A stretch of 33,552 nt of DNA, taken from Octopus bimaculoides (taxonomy: Eukaryota). Position 1 is the stretch's first letter. Each line of letters begins with the position of its first letter. Position numbers and translations under genes: made by a program. The notes below the pieces were generated by a model. That model ran no database searches, was not told the origin of the DNA, and saw only the letters and a list, made by a program, of their open reading frames with translations. Shown piece after piece: positions 32,422-33,552 of the stretch. The stretch spans positions 182,373,683 through 182,407,234 of the forward strand of contig NC_068981.1 in assembly GCF_001194135.2 (NCBI RefSeq), read 5' to 3'.

Positions 32422-32638
32422 ATGCGGCGAGCTGGCAGAATCGCTAGCACGCCGGACAAAATATTTAGCAGCATTTCTTCCGGCTTTATGTTCTGATTTC
32501 AAATTCCACTGAAGTTGACTTTATCTTTCATTCTTTCGGGGTCAATGAAATAAATACCCATCGAGAACTGGAGTCGATGTAATCGACTAGTCCCCTCCCC
32601 TCAAAATGTCAGTCCTTGTGACTATAGTAGAAAAAAAT
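32422..32638 (+). mobile_element. Full-length SINE-A (tail type 1)
   Basis: GCGGCGAGCTGGCAGAATCGCTAGC..TTTCAAATTCC..CCCCTCCCCTCAAAATGTCAGTCCTTGTGACTATAGTAGAAA. Confidence 0.92.
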
Positions 32639-33159
32639 TGTTAATTTCCATAGAAAATTGATGTCCTTTTCGTCATTAATAACGGATAGAGTCAACAATT
32701 TATGGAAGAGGTTGCAAGTAAATGATTTGAAATCGAACCGGTGAGTGTGTTAATTAATAAGACATTAAAACGGAATGACTCTCCCCGGACACAACAAAAT
32801 ATAAAACTGTATCAATGTAAAAAAAAGAAAAAAATTGAAATACATTCTGGTGGTTGTTTGAAAAACTTTAACTGACCGAAAATTTTTAAAGATCCAAGCA
32901 CGCGGGGCCGATGGTATCAACAGCCCACTTCCTCTGAAAATTTGTCGGCGTTGTACTTTTATTTAGAAACCCTCATCGCTTTCAAGATTGCTCTTTGTTA
33001 CGTTTGATATTCCATACATTTTTTTTTTTACTAGACGACATTTGAAATGTCAAATATTAAACTATGTGCAAATATGAAAAAGAAAGTTAGGGAACAAATA
33101 AAACAAAATTAGGAAAGAAAGAAAAGTATAGTGTGAAATCTTATTTAACTCCTACACAC

Positions 33160-33229
33160 TGTGTGTCTCTGTGTGTGTAAGTGTGTGTATGTGTATGTAT
33201 GTATGTATGCATGTATGTATGTATGTATG

Positions 33230-33260
<31 letters not shown>

Positions 33261-33365
33261 AATAATATATAAATATATGCATATATCCATACATATATGT
33301 ACATACCTATGTATGTATGTGTGTGTATGAATGCATGTATGTATGTATGTATGTATGTATGTATG

Positions 33366-33399
<34 letters not shown>

Positions 33400-33430
33400 T
33401 GTATGTATGCATGCATGCGTGTGTGTGTGT
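33160..33430. repeat. Compound (TATG)n/(TA)n/(GT)n microsatellite
   Basis: Seen directly in the sequence. Confidence 0.95.
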
Positions 33431-33431
33431 A

Positions 33432-33552
33432 GGCATCAAGCTGTTAGATCAGGTTATGAAAGTTACAGAGAGGGTCATAGCCCAACTAATTAGGGAGCGA
33501 ATCAATTTAGATGAGATGCAGTTTGGGTTCGTGCCAGGTAAAAGCACTACTG
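33432..33552 (+). mobile_element. 5'-truncated RTE-clade LINE, reverse-transcriptase start; continues off the right edge
   Basis: GIKLLDQVMKVTERVIAQLIRERINLDEMQFGFVPGKSTT matches the RTE RT motif (RGIKLL..MK..ERV..QFGF.PG.STT). Confidence 0.9.

Overview
AT-rich, repeat-dense animal genomic DNA with three assembly gaps (10959-11302, 16194-17115, 21688-21958). The SINE families and microsatellite load look like a coleoid cephalopod, probably Octopus (inference from repeat recognition). There are two minus-strand protein-coding genes, both largely missed by the ORF track. (1) The first three coding exons of HACL1, 2-hydroxyacyl-CoA lyase 1 (7519-7578, 3289-3393, 1341-1381), which continues off the left edge. 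(2) An apparently complete three-exon CDS (18604-18874, 13532-13738, 12234-12901; 381 aa) with four ankyrin repeats and a basic Ser/Lys-rich tail carrying PP1-docking RVxF-type motifs. The rest is mostly mobile DNA: tRNA-derived SINEs, decayed mariner transposases, hAT, mariner and Tigger-like MITEs, Helitron/Helentron-like elements, CR1, RTE and gag-like LINE remnants, and LTR fragments. The most notable items are: at least three families of restriction-endonuclease-like (R4/Dong-type) retrotransposon ends, two of them repeatedly stacked in (ATAC)n tracts and twice with inverted 5' pieces; two long unexplained hairpins (8143-8286, 13026-13143); an LTR-end plus tRNA-Trp primer-binding site amplified as a 32-bp minisatellite; and a near-perfect 137-bp direct repeat inside a MITE. 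All calls were made by eye, with no database searches. Family names SINE-A, SINE-B and families 1-3 are my own labels, and repeat boundaries are approximate unless a TSD or splice site fixes them.
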